Shown: positions 1-8,954 of the stretch, piece after piece | How positions within the stretch are numbered: position 1 is the first letter of the stretch | Layout: each line of letters opens with the position of its first letter | From: Thermoplasmatota archaeon | GTDB taxonomy: Archaea; Thermoplasmatota; JAKEGO01 | Reading direction: 5' to 3' | Assembly: GCA_028279595.1 (NCBI GenBank) | Contig: JANQNK010000010.1 | Span: 1-46,304, forward strand | DNA: 46,304 nucleotides | The notes under the pieces: generated by a model | What the model saw: only the letters and a program-made list of their open reading frames with translations | What the model was told of the DNA's origin: nothing | Databases searched by the model: none | Made by a program: the position numbers and the translations under genes

Positions 1-39
1 GCAGGTCGAAGACGTGACCTATTCCGAGGAGGAGCAGGG

Positions 40-3000
40 CTACCTTCTCTTCCTGAAGATCAGGACCGCCGCTGCCAGTGCCGTCATGACCGCAGTCGCG
101 TCCATTCCCGGGATCTCCCACCATTCGTCGTCACTCCCTCCGCTCGACTTCGCCTTCTTGACGTTCACCTGGGTGGAGACCTCCTCCGACCAGATCCCGT
201 TGGAGCCCATTACGCGCAGCTCGATCTCATGCACGCCCACGTTGAGGTCTTCGGCCTTCACTACTATCGTAGCGTTGGTTCCGAGAACCCCTCCCCGGTT
301 GGTCGTCCACTCCCATTCAGCAATGTCGCGGTCCTCGTCGTAGTCTCCCTCCATGGAGGCGTGTCCCTTCATTATGATCGTGTCCTTGTACCAGACGGCC
401 ACTCCCGGCTTCACCGAGTCGATGATCGCCTCGGGTTCGCGGTTGTCGATCCTGATGGCGACGCTGTCGTGGTCTGAGAAGTCACCGTCGTTGTCCTGGG
501 CGCGGGCGTAGAGCCTGTAATCGTCCGCGGTGTAGATCCTGGTGTCTAGCTCGATGTACCAGTAGTAGTAACCCTCCTCGCTCACGTCGATCTCGAGCGG
601 ATCGTCGAAGTCGATGTCGTCGATCGCCAGCTGGATCTTGGTGATCTCGCCGTCCTCGTCGATCGCGGAACCCTCGCACATGACGATGTGGGTCAGGACA
701 TCGCTGTCCGATGCTGGATAGACTATCTCGATCTCTGGGGCGACGTTCGGCTTGACGATCTCCACCTGGACGGTGTCGGTCGTCTGGTCGCCGTCGTCGT
801 CGGTGGCCCTCGCCCTGATGTTGACCTTGTCGCCGTCATCGTAGTTCGAGTAGTTCCAGTCGTATGACCAGTCCTCCCAGGTTCCGTTGGCCGACTCATC
901 GGTGGCCAGGTTCCACGAGCCCGCTCCGAACTTGATGTGGACCTTGTCCACGTAGCCGTCGTCGGATGCGGTCCCGGTTATCGTTATCTCGCTTCCCGAG
1001 AGGTCGCCGCCCGTCGGATAGGTTATCTCGACCGTCGGAAGAGAGGACATGATGGTGACCGTTATCATGACGACCTCGGACTCGAGTCCGGACTCGGACT
1101 TCGCCCTGGCGTGGATCTCCATGTCGCCGCTGAACCCGTCAGTGTCCCAGTGTGCGTACCAGTCCTCGAGGCCCTCGACGTCAAGTCCGTCATTCTCCCA
1201 GTCCGGGTCCTCGTCCACCTCGCTGTAGGCGACCTCCACGAGTATGACGTCCTCGTCTGACTCCGCGGTCCCGGTTATGTTGACGGTTCCGCTGACCTCG
1301 TCCTCGTCCTCCGGTGCGGTTATCGTGACCTCCGGGGGATCCCCGCTCACCACCTTCAGGGTCTCGTCGACGGTGGTCGACTTCTTGCCGTCCTCGTCCT
1401 CGACCTCGAAGTATATGGGCCATGAGCCAGTTCCGAAGGTGTCTGCGTCCTCCTCGAACTCGGCCTGCGTGCTGAGGGTCCCGCCGCTCCACCACCACCT
1501 GTATCCGGTGATGTTCTTGCCGCTGCCAGAGTGACCCTCGCCCTCGAACGAAACGGTGTCTTCGATGTCCGCGGGGTTGGGTGAGATGTCGATGATCTCC
1601 GCCTCGGGTTTCGAACCTGGTGCGGTGATGGTAAGGGTGTCCATGACCTCGTCGGCCCACTGTCCGGTGTCGTCCTTGACGGTGAAGGTGATGTCGTTGT
1701 CGCCCAGGTCGAACAGGGTGTCATCCGAGCCGATCTCGAACTCGGCCTCGTCGGACAGGAACTCGCCGGAGACGTTCCACAGGTAATCGGTGATGTTCCC
1801 TGCAGTGTGCCCCTCGCCGCTGAAGTACACATCATTGGACGAGCTCCGCTCCACGGGGTTGGGCTCGATGGCGATTATCTCGGCGATCGGCTTCTCGCCC
1901 GGTCTGACGACGTAGGCTGAAACCTCTGCCACGTTGTTGTCGGTATAGGGATCGTACATGTCCGTGACCATGACGATTATCGTTTGCTCGCCGGACATGT
2001 TGGTCGTGTTCCACTCGACTATGAAACCGTTCATCCCGCCGGCGGGTATGTCAACCTTCGCCGCGCCGAGGCGGTGGGCCATGTCGGTCTCGTTGATGTA
2101 GACGGATATGACCGCGGTGGTGTCCTTCAATCCATTGTTGGCCGCGCCGACCATGAACTGGATAGTGTCGTTCACCGGGATGGAGTCCGGAAGGACGACC
2201 ATCGACGGTGAGACGGACACCTCGGGCATGTCGACGAAGTCGCTGAACTTGTAGACGTCGTCGGACCAGAGGAAGAGCCACGGGTCCGGGCCTCCCGGCA
2301 GATAGAGTGAACCGCCGTAGAGGGCGGGCTGTCCGTAGATGAAGCTGAACGGTTTGGTGAGGTAGCGCCAGTTGACGTTCCCTGTATCGATGTCCAGCGA
2401 GTAGAGGTAGGAGTCGATCCCTGCAAGATATATCGTGTCGTTGGTTATCGTCGGAGCTGCCCAGAAGGGCATGCTGAGGTCCTCGGACCATACGACGTTG
2501 CCTGTGTCGGCGTCGAGGCAGTTGACCTCGCCCATCCATGTGACCGCGAAGACATGTCCGTCGTGATACGAAGTGGATGCAATGAGGTCCTGGTCCAGGT
2601 TAGTCCTCCAGATCCACTCGCCGTCGTCGGCCGCACCAGTGAGTGGCGTTGGTCCGCTGCCGTCGGAATCGATGCTGTCCCTGGGCTGCTCGCCGTCGGG
2701 CTCGAAGGCGTAGACGTCGCCGGTTATGTCAGCGACGACGACGTAGTCAGTCCCGCCGTACGAGTATAGGGTCGGGCTAGAGATCGAAAGGGCTGCTCCG
2801 ATCAGAGGGACTCCTATCCCGCCTATCGAGCCGTCGCCGAGCCTCCAGCGCCAGTCGACAGCTCCGGTGTCGGGGTCGAGACCGTATGTTGCGTAGTAGC
2901 CCTCGTTGTCATCATCCGTGCTGTAGGAGGTGACGTAGACATGGTCGAACCCGACCGCGGGTGAAGAGTAAAGGTATCCGCTCGAAACCTCGAAGCGCCA

Positions 3001-5370
3001 TTCCTCGATGCCCGTGGTGAGGTTGTAAGCGCTGAGGTTCTTACCAGCATGCGAGTGTGCGTAGACCTTCCAGTCGTCGATGACTGGACCGGAGAACTCG
3101 AACCCTCCGAAATGGACGGCCCATTCCTCATCTCCGTCGTCGATGTCAAGCGCCACCAGGGCGTTCCCGGATATGATCACAAGGCCCTCGTCGATGTCGA
3201 CCGCGGGTGTGTTCACGTACGACCATACGTCATTGTAGGAGTATGTCCACAGCTCGGTGCCGTCCTCGATGTCGATGGCGTATGTCCTGTTCAACGAGCA
3301 GTAGTACATCACGTCGTCTACGACGGCCGCACCGGAAAGGGTCTGCTGGATGTTCGTCCTGTCGACGGACCATTCAACGGAGGGCAGCGTCGGGCCTCCC
3401 GACATGCTGTATCCGGTGTTCTCCATGTCTGCACCGGAGCGATACCAGTCGTCCAACGGGTCCGGCCTGACGAAGAGCATGGCCGAGGCGTTCTCGGACA
3501 TCATCCCGTCGTCGTCCTCGACCTGGAGCGTTATGTAGTGGGCTCCCGGTGATAGTGACTGGACCGACAGATCGAAGTCCTCGCTCGATGATAGGAATCC
3601 GTCAATGCTGGACGTCCACGTGTAGTACTCCACCGTGCCGTCGTCGTCAGCGTCACCGCTGAAATCGATGGTGGTGGTGCCTACCTGGTAGAGGTCGTCC
3701 GGAGATATGGATACTATCGAACAGGTCGGGGCCTCCCCGCCCGGAATTATGCTGATCTCCCCCGAGCCCTGGTTGTTGGATTCGATTGTCTCGGTGACGT
3801 CGTTGTCGGGATCGACGACGGCGTAGACCTCGAGGCCGCTGTTGGTATCGGGTATCCACTCGTAGAAGACGGGTGTGCTTACCCCGGGCAGGAGCCTAGG
3901 TGCGATGGCGGTCCCGATGAGGTCTCCCGAGCCGTCCGGGTCACCGTCATAGAATTCCACCTCGACGTCCCAGGCGGACATCGTCCCGTCATTGAACACC
4001 TTTGCCACTATCGGGCTTGGAGTGCCCTCTATGGGGGCCGTCGCTCCGACGGTCTTGACCTGCAGGTCCACGTCCATGTCGTGGTCCCCGAAGGCGAACA
4101 GCAGATGGGAATCGACGGGCACGGACACATCGGCGACGCTGATGAAGAGCATCCCGTTGTCTGCACCGAACGATGCCAGGGTGTAACCGGTGGTGTTGTA
4201 CTCCCACACGACGTCCCTTGTTGACATATCGAAGCAGGAAACGATACCTTCGGAAGTGCCGAGGTTGTTCCAGGAGGTATACATGTTCCCGTTGTCGTCG
4301 TGTACCGGCGATGTCCTGATCGGACCGCCCATGTCCTTCTCCCAGGCCTTGGAGCCTGTATCCTTGTCGTAGGCCGTGATGTATCCGTCGTCATCGCCGA
4401 TGTACACGTTGTTGTCGTCCCATGACGGGGTCATGCCGAAGATCCAGTTGTTCGCGGTCTTGACATACTCCTCGCTCCCGTCCGTTATGTCCAGGGCGAA
4501 TAGGCGGTCGCCGTTGGGCACCCACACGATGCCGTTGGTGCCGGAGTCGAGGTCCCATGAAGGACCCGAACCGCTGTGCGACCCCTGACCGGGGATCGAT
4601 ATGTTGACCACGGGGGTGTTCGTCGCCAGCTCAGCCCTCCATTCGAGAGAGCCGTCCGCGTCGTTGATCGCGTAGAGGGCGCCTGGGTTGGCTCCGCCCT
4701 CGACAGCGGTCGCTCCAAGAACGAGGTCAAGGTCGGGGCAGACCGTTACGGGGGCGTAGAATATGCCCTCCGAGTCAGGGACCAGGTCCCCGGTCTGGTA
4801 GTTCCACTCCGCTTCGCCGACGGTCATCGTTCCATCGCCGTTCGGGTCCTCGGCCGGGAACTTGTACAGGTTGCCGTCCACGGAACCGAAGTATACGAAA
4901 TCATCGTAGACGGCAGGGCAACTAACCTCCGGCCATCCCGTCTCCATGAAGTTCTTCTGGTTCCTGAACCTCCAGACGATGTCTCCGGAGTCGGTATCCA
5001 AGGCGAACAATGTGTTCAGGTTGCCGATGTATACCAGTCCGTTCTCGGTATCGACGGCTGCCGAGGATTGTATCGTTATCCAATCCAGCGGTGTCGACCA
5101 CAGCTCCTCTCCGTTCCTGATGTCCACAGCATGGACGTTGTAGTCGTATCCACTGAAGTATACGACGCCGTCGGCCACGGTGGGCGTGTTCAGGTAGAAG
5201 ATGTCGCTCTCATATGTCCACATCACATTGTCGTCCTCTGGTAAGGTCCCGTTGTAGTACCCGCTCTTGTCGAGCGAGCCCTGGAACATCGGCCAGTCGG
5301 CCGAGGAGGTTCCAACCACAAGTAACGAGCTCAGTAACACAAACAGCACTACGGGTATCCAGTGCCTCAT
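40..5370 (-). CDS. Large secreted/cell-surface protein: two PQQ-like (BamB-like) beta-propellers, two CARDB-like domains, multiple PKD/Ig-like repeats, C-terminal archaeal sorting signal/anchor
   Basis: ORF 40..5388; probable start ATG 5370 (MRHWIPVV..., preceded by GGTGA). It has a signal peptide, DWPMFQG start motif, repeated A.D..TG...W propeller motifs, the CARDB motif VVDPDNDVTETIESNN, repeated P...I..P Ig/PKD modules, and a C-terminal IPGM + hydrophobic helix + FRKRR. Confidence 0.85.
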   Translation of the reverse strand: MRHWIPVVLFVLLSSLLVVGTSSADWPMFQGSLDKSGYYNGTLPEDDNVMWTYESDIFYLNTPTVADGVVYFSGYDYNVHAVDIRNGEELWSTPLDWITIQSSAAVDTENGLVYIGNLNTLFALDTDSGDIVWRFRNQKNFMETGWPEVSCPAVYDDFVYFGSVDGNLYKFPAEDPNGDGTMTVGEAEWNYQTGDLVPDSEGIFYAPVTVCPDLDLVLGATAVEGGANPGALYAINDADGSLEWRAELATNTPVVNISIPGQGSHSGSGPSWDLDSGTNGIVWVPNGDRLFALDITDGSEEYVKTANNWIFGMTPSWDDNNVYIGDDDGYITAYDKDTGSKAWEKDMGGPIRTSPVHDDNGNMYTSWNNLGTSEGIVSCFDMSTRDVVWEYNTTGYTLASFGADNGMLFISVADVSVPVDSHLLFAFGDHDMDVDLQVKTVGATAPIEGTPSPIVAKVFNDGTMSAWDVEVEFYDGDPDGSGDLIGTAIAPRLLPGVSTPVFYEWIPDTNSGLEVYAVVDPDNDVTETIESNNQGSGEISIIPGGEAPTCSIVSISPDDLYQVGTTTIDFSGDADDDGTVEYYTWTSSIDGFLSSSEDFDLSVQSLSPGAHYITLQVEDDDGMMSENASAMLFVRPDPLDDWYRSGADMENTGYSMSGGPTLPSVEWSVDRTNIQQTLSGAAVVDDVMYYCSLNRTYAIDIEDGTELWTYSYNDVWSYVNTPAVDIDEGLVIISGNALVALDIDDGDEEWAVHFGGFEFSGPVIDDWKVYAHSHAGKNLSAYNLTTGIEEWRFEVSSGYLYSSPAVGFDHVYVTSYSTDDDNEGYYATYGLDPDTGAVDWRWRLGDGSIGGIGVPLIGAALSISSPTLYSYGGTDYVVVADITGDVYAFEPDGEQPRDSIDSDGSGPTPLTGAADDGEWIWRTNLDQDLIASTSYHDGHVFAVTWMGEVNCLDADTGNVVWSEDLSMPFWAAPTITNDTIYLAGIDSYLYSLDIDTGNVNWRYLTKPFSFIYGQPALYGGSLYLPGGPDPWLFLWSDDVYKFSDFVDMPEVSVSPSMVVLPDSIPVNDTIQFMVGAANNGLKDTTAVISVYINETDMAHRLGAAKVDIPAGGMNGFIVEWNTTNMSGEQTIIVMVTDMYDPYTDNNVAEVSAYVVRPGEKPIAEIIAIEPNPVERSSSNDVYFSGEGHTAGNITDYLWNVSGEFLSDEAEFEIGSDDTLFDLGDNDITFTVKDDTGQWADEVMDTLTITAPGSKPEAEIIDISPNPADIEDTVSFEGEGHSGSGKNITGYRWWWSGGTLSTQAEFEEDADTFGTGSWPIYFEVEDEDGKKSTTVDETLKVVSGDPPEVTITAPEDEDEVSGTVNITGTAESDEDVILVEVAYSEVDEDPDWENDGLDVEGLEDWYAHWDTDGFSGDMEIHARAKSESGLESEVVMITVTIMSSLPTVEITYPTGGDLSGSEITITGTASDDGYVDKVHIKFGAGSWNLATDESANGTWEDWSYDWNYSNYDDGDKVNIRARATDDDGDQTTDTVQVEIVKPNVAPEIEIVYPASDSDVLTHIVMCEGSAIDEDGEITKIQLAIDDIDFDDPLEIDVSEEGYYYWYIELDTRIYTADDYRLYARAQDNDGDFSDHDSVAIRIDNREPEAIIDSVKPGVAVWYKDTIIMKGHASMEGDYDEDRDIAEWEWTTNRGGVLGTNATIVVKAEDLNVGVHEIELRVMGSNGIWSEEVSTQVNVKKAKSSGGSDDEWWEIPGMDATAVMTALAAAVLIFRKRR

Positions 5371-5412
5371 CACATCACCTTTAGTCATTCTAGCGAATCT
5401 AATCCATTCTAC

Positions 5413-5421
5413 CTATAAATA
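5413..5421 (-). promoter_or_regulatory. Putative TATA box of surface-protein gene
   Basis: TATTTATAG on the minus strand about 45 nt upstream of ATG 5370, followed by a leader containing GGTGA. Confidence 0.5.
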
Positions 5422-5606
5422 ACATGTTGTAGCGATGTAACCGGGACGTATCTGGCATATGTCGATTTCTACGTCTAGATATCCTCAAAATCGCCGAAGG
5501 TTTAAATATCTATGAAGGTCGGTCGATGGACTGCCTCGGAGGCAAATCATCGGTCCCGATCCCTGCGTTAAAAGGGTCATTCCGTCCGTCAGACCGCATA
5601 AAAAGA

Positions 5607-5613
5607 CTTAAAT
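5607..5613 (+). promoter_or_regulatory. Putative BRE/TATA of glycosyltransferase operon
   Basis: AAAAAGA-CTTAAAT, 25 nt upstream of ATG 5639. Confidence 0.5.
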
Positions 5614-5638
5614 CACCCAGTGGATTGTTTTCTCTGAC

Positions 5639-6571
5639 ATGAGGCCTACGATCTCCGTGGTCATTCCCGTCTACAACGGGGAGGACGTGCTTCCACGCTG
5701 CCTCGACGCCTGCGCGAACCAGGAGGGGTTGGAGGAGGACTACGAGATAGTGGTCGTTGACAACGGTTCTACCGATTCAACGCTCGGAATTCTCAAGGAA
5801 TATTCCAAGAGATACGGGAACATCAGGTACATCGAGGAATCCAAACGGTCCTCTTACGCGGCCCGGAACAGGGCTCTAAAGGAGACGGACAGCCAGACAC
5901 TGGTCTTCACCGACGCGGACACCATCCCTTCGGCGGGTTGGCTTGCCGCCTACATCAAGTGTTTGAAAGACCACGACGGCATCAAGCTGATCGGTGGAGC
6001 GGTGGACGTGACCGCGGATGAGTCCAATGCCTGTGCGGTGTACGACAAGCTGAACTACCTCAACCAGGAGATGTTCGTGAAGGAGAAGGATTTCGCTGCG
6101 ACGGCGAACGTCCTTGTCGACAGGAGCGTCTTCGATGAGGTTGGGGAGTTCGATCCGGACCTCATCTCGGGGGGCGACCTGGAATTCGGCCTCAGGGCGA
6201 CGGCGAGGTTCGAGATGATATACTGTTCTGCGGCGGTGGTCGAGCATCCGGCCAGGGATTCGCTGGTAAAGGTCCTGAAGAAGAACTTCCGGATCGGGAT
6301 CGGGTTCGCCCAGGTCCACCGGCGGCGTACTGACGGGAACATCCCGGCGGGATCGATGGTCCGACATCTCGTTCCCAACGTCGGTCTGCTGAAGACAGGC
6401 TCGTTCCCGAGATTGTCGGTAGAGACCTACAACGAACTACCCAGGAGCGGTTCCGTCAGGTTCAAATTGCTGATGATAGATATCGTAGCGCGATATGTCC
6501 AGTTCCTCGGACGCGGAGAGGGGTCCGGCAGGGCCCCCGGGTCCGCGAACGGTAGGAAGCGGAGGGTCTGA
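5639..6571 (+). CDS. Glycosyltransferase family 2 (GT-A fold)
   Basis: ISVVIPVYN, VVDNGSTD, AARN, FTDAD (DxD) and FDPDLISGGDLEF motifs. Confidence 0.92.
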   Translation: MRPTISVVIPVYNGEDVLPRCLDACANQEGLEEDYEIVVVDNGSTDSTLGILKEYSKRYGNIRYIEESKRSSYAARNRALKETDSQTLVFTDADTIPSAGWLAAYIKCLKDHDGIKLIGGAVDVTADESNACAVYDKLNYLNQEMFVKEKDFAATANVLVDRSVFDEVGEFDPDLISGGDLEFGLRATARFEMIYCSAAVVEHPARDSLVKVLKKNFRIGIGFAQVHRRRTDGNIPAGSMVRHLVPNVGLLKTGSFPRLSVETYNELPRSGSVRFKLLMIDIVARYVQFLGRGEGSGRAPGSANGRKRRV

Positions 6572-6572
6572 A

Positions 6573-7754
6573 ATGAGGATACTGTACGTTCTCGGTCGGT
6601 TCCCGAACGTCTCGAACACATTCATCATCTCCGAGGTCGCGGGGCTCATCAGGAAGGGCCACGACGTCAACGTTATCTCCCTCGAGAAGCCCGAGGGGAT
6701 CGACGTGGCCGCCCACCCCGAAGTAGCGGTCCACGACCTCGTCTCCAGGACCACGTACATCGACAGGGCGGCACTGATCAGGACCGTGGGGCGGTCGATC
6801 GCCGCGATGCTCAAGAACCCGTACGACGAGCTCTGGTCCGACGGGGACCTTCACAAGAGGGCCCTGACCGAGCGGATCGGTAAGGCCGTTCGGAAGGGGG
6901 AGTACGACGTTATCCACACACATTTCGCCAAGGACTTCGCCAAGGTCGCCCTCGCTGCGGCCGTCGACGCCGGGGTTCCGTTCACGTTCACGACGCATGC
7001 ATTCGACCTCTACGACGAGGAGAAGAAGATGCCCGACGAAGACCTGCGCACCATGGTCGAACGCTGTGCCAAAGCGATCACGATATCGGAGTACAACAGG
7101 GACCACATCATCTCGGTCTGCGGGCAGTCAGCAGCCGAAAGGGTCGAGATAGTCCACTGCGGGATAGAACCGGACAAGTTCCCGGCGATCTACAGGGGCG
7201 GCGGCAACTCCGTGTTGACCGTCTCCAGGCTCGTGGAGAAGAAGGGGATCGACGTCCTCGTGAGGGCCGCAGGACGGCTCGACACCGACCTTCGGTTCGA
7301 CATCGTCGGCGGCGGGCCGCTGCATGGTCCGCTGACCAAGCAGGTGAAGGAGTCCGAGTTGACAGACAGGATCACGTTCCACGGTTCAGTGGATGATGAG
7401 ACCCTGCTGAACCTGTACGATGAAGCACTGATGTTCGTCCTCCCCTGCGTCACGGCGTCCAACGCCGACAGGGACGGCATACCGGTGGTCCTCATGGAGG
7501 CCATGGCCTCGGGCCTGCCGGTGATCAGCACCGACGTCAGCGGTATACCCGAGCTCATCGTCGACGGCGAGACGGGATTGACGGTCCATGAGGGCGACGA
7601 CAACGCGCTGGCGGATGCGATGACACGTCTCGCCGGGGATGGCGGTCTGAGGGATCGGCTCGGTTCGGCCGGCAGGGCCAAGGTCGCAGCGGAGTTCAAC
7701 ATCGACGATTCTGTGGACCGGCTCATCGGGATCTGGGAGGACGCGGCACGATGA
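6573..7754 (+). CDS. Glycosyltransferase family 4, WcaL-like
   Basis: Start ATG 6573 after GGAGGG; RFPNVSNTFIISE, IHTHFA, SRLVEKKG and DGIPVVLMEAMASGLPVIST..SGIPEL motifs, typical of WcaL/AmsK-like GT4. Confidence 0.9.
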   Translation: MRILYVLGRFPNVSNTFIISEVAGLIRKGHDVNVISLEKPEGIDVAAHPEVAVHDLVSRTTYIDRAALIRTVGRSIAAMLKNPYDELWSDGDLHKRALTERIGKAVRKGEYDVIHTHFAKDFAKVALAAAVDAGVPFTFTTHAFDLYDEEKKMPDEDLRTMVERCAKAITISEYNRDHIISVCGQSAAERVEIVHCGIEPDKFPAIYRGGGNSVLTVSRLVEKKGIDVLVRAAGRLDTDLRFDIVGGGPLHGPLTKQVKESELTDRITFHGSVDDETLLNLYDEALMFVLPCVTASNADRDGIPVVLMEAMASGLPVISTDVSGIPELIVDGETGLTVHEGDDNALADAMTRLAGDGGLRDRLGSAGRAKVAAEFNIDDSVDRLIGIWEDAAR

Positions 7755-8938
7755 ACACGAAGGTCCTGTTCATCGGGAACTACTGCTCCTCGAACAGGGG
7801 GGACGCGGCCATCATAGACGGGATGCTGGGCGACATCCGGGCCACCATTCCAGATTGTGAGATCAGGATGACCTCGCTCTTCCAGGATGTCGCACGAAAG
7901 GTCCACGGGGTCGATACGGCAGGACCATGGTACTGGACGGAGTCCAGGTCCGATGTGATCTCTGCGCGAGCCAGGTTCCTCCTGTCTGGCCGGAGCTCGC
8001 TTCCGAAGGCGTATGCCTGGGCGGACATCGCGGTGGCGGTCGGCGGATCATACATCCACGACAGGTACCACCCAGCTATCGTGGGGAGGCTCCTCGAACT
8101 CAAGGCGCTCCTCAGGGCGGGCGTACCGACATTCCTATATTCACATTCCATCGGTCCATTCACTCGCCCAGCTACGAGTAAGATGGCGTCGGACGTTCTT
8201 GAACGGGTCGACGGCATCACCGTCAGGGAGAGTGTCTCGCGGGACCAGGTGGAGGAACTCTCCGGCCGTGACGTGGTAATAGCGTCCGATGCCGCGTTCA
8301 TGGCGCCGCCGGGGGATCCCGATATCGGGGACCTAATGAACCGGATCGAAGGGATATCGGGATCGAATGGATACATCACCGTCAGCGTCCGGGACCTGAA
8401 GGGGTTCTACGACAAGGGGGTCCAGGACAGGACGTTCAAGGACCTTTCCGGATCATTGAAGGATATCGCAAAAGGTCAAGGTGTTGGCGTCGTCTTCGTC
8501 CCCATGTGTACCGACATGGGCGGCTACCGCCACGACGACCGCGTCCCCTCCAAACGCTTGGCCAGATCGATGCGGTCGGACGACCGGACCCTGGTGGTGG
8601 AGGGCGAGCCGACCCACATGGACCTGAGGGGGATCATCGCGGGCGCGAGAGCGCACATCGGCCTGCGCATGCACTCCAACATTCTCGCTCTGGCGACGGG
8701 AACCCCGGTCGTCGGGATCGGTTACGAACACAAGACGAAGGGCATCATGGAGGACATGGGCCTTTCCCGCTACCATTTCGAAGCGCATGCAGTGAGCCGG
8801 AAGCGGTTGTTGAGTACGGCAGCAGACCTGTTCAAGAACGAGCAGGACCTTCGCGAACATATCTCCGGCGAGGTCGAGAACGCCACAACCAGCGCGCACC
8901 AGTCCTCAGTACTTCTAAAAAAGATAATAGACCGATGA
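7751..8938 (+). CDS. Polysaccharide pyruvyl transferase family protein (WcaK/CsaB-like)
   Basis: NRGDAAI, GGSYIHD, HSIGPF, ITVRESVS, SDAAF, GLRMHSNI and YEHKTKG motifs; ATGA overlap with upstream GT4. Confidence 0.9.
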   Translation: MNTKVLFIGNYCSSNRGDAAIIDGMLGDIRATIPDCEIRMTSLFQDVARKVHGVDTAGPWYWTESRSDVISARARFLLSGRSSLPKAYAWADIAVAVGGSYIHDRYHPAIVGRLLELKALLRAGVPTFLYSHSIGPFTRPATSKMASDVLERVDGITVRESVSRDQVEELSGRDVVIASDAAFMAPPGDPDIGDLMNRIEGISGSNGYITVSVRDLKGFYDKGVQDRTFKDLSGSLKDIAKGQGVGVVFVPMCTDMGGYRHDDRVPSKRLARSMRSDDRTLVVEGEPTHMDLRGIIAGARAHIGLRMHSNILALATGTPVVGIGYEHKTKGIMEDMGLSRYHFEAHAVSRKRLLSTAADLFKNEQDLREHISGEVENATTSAHQSSVLLKKIIDR

Positions 8939-8954
8939 ATGTGGTGAAAGGCAC

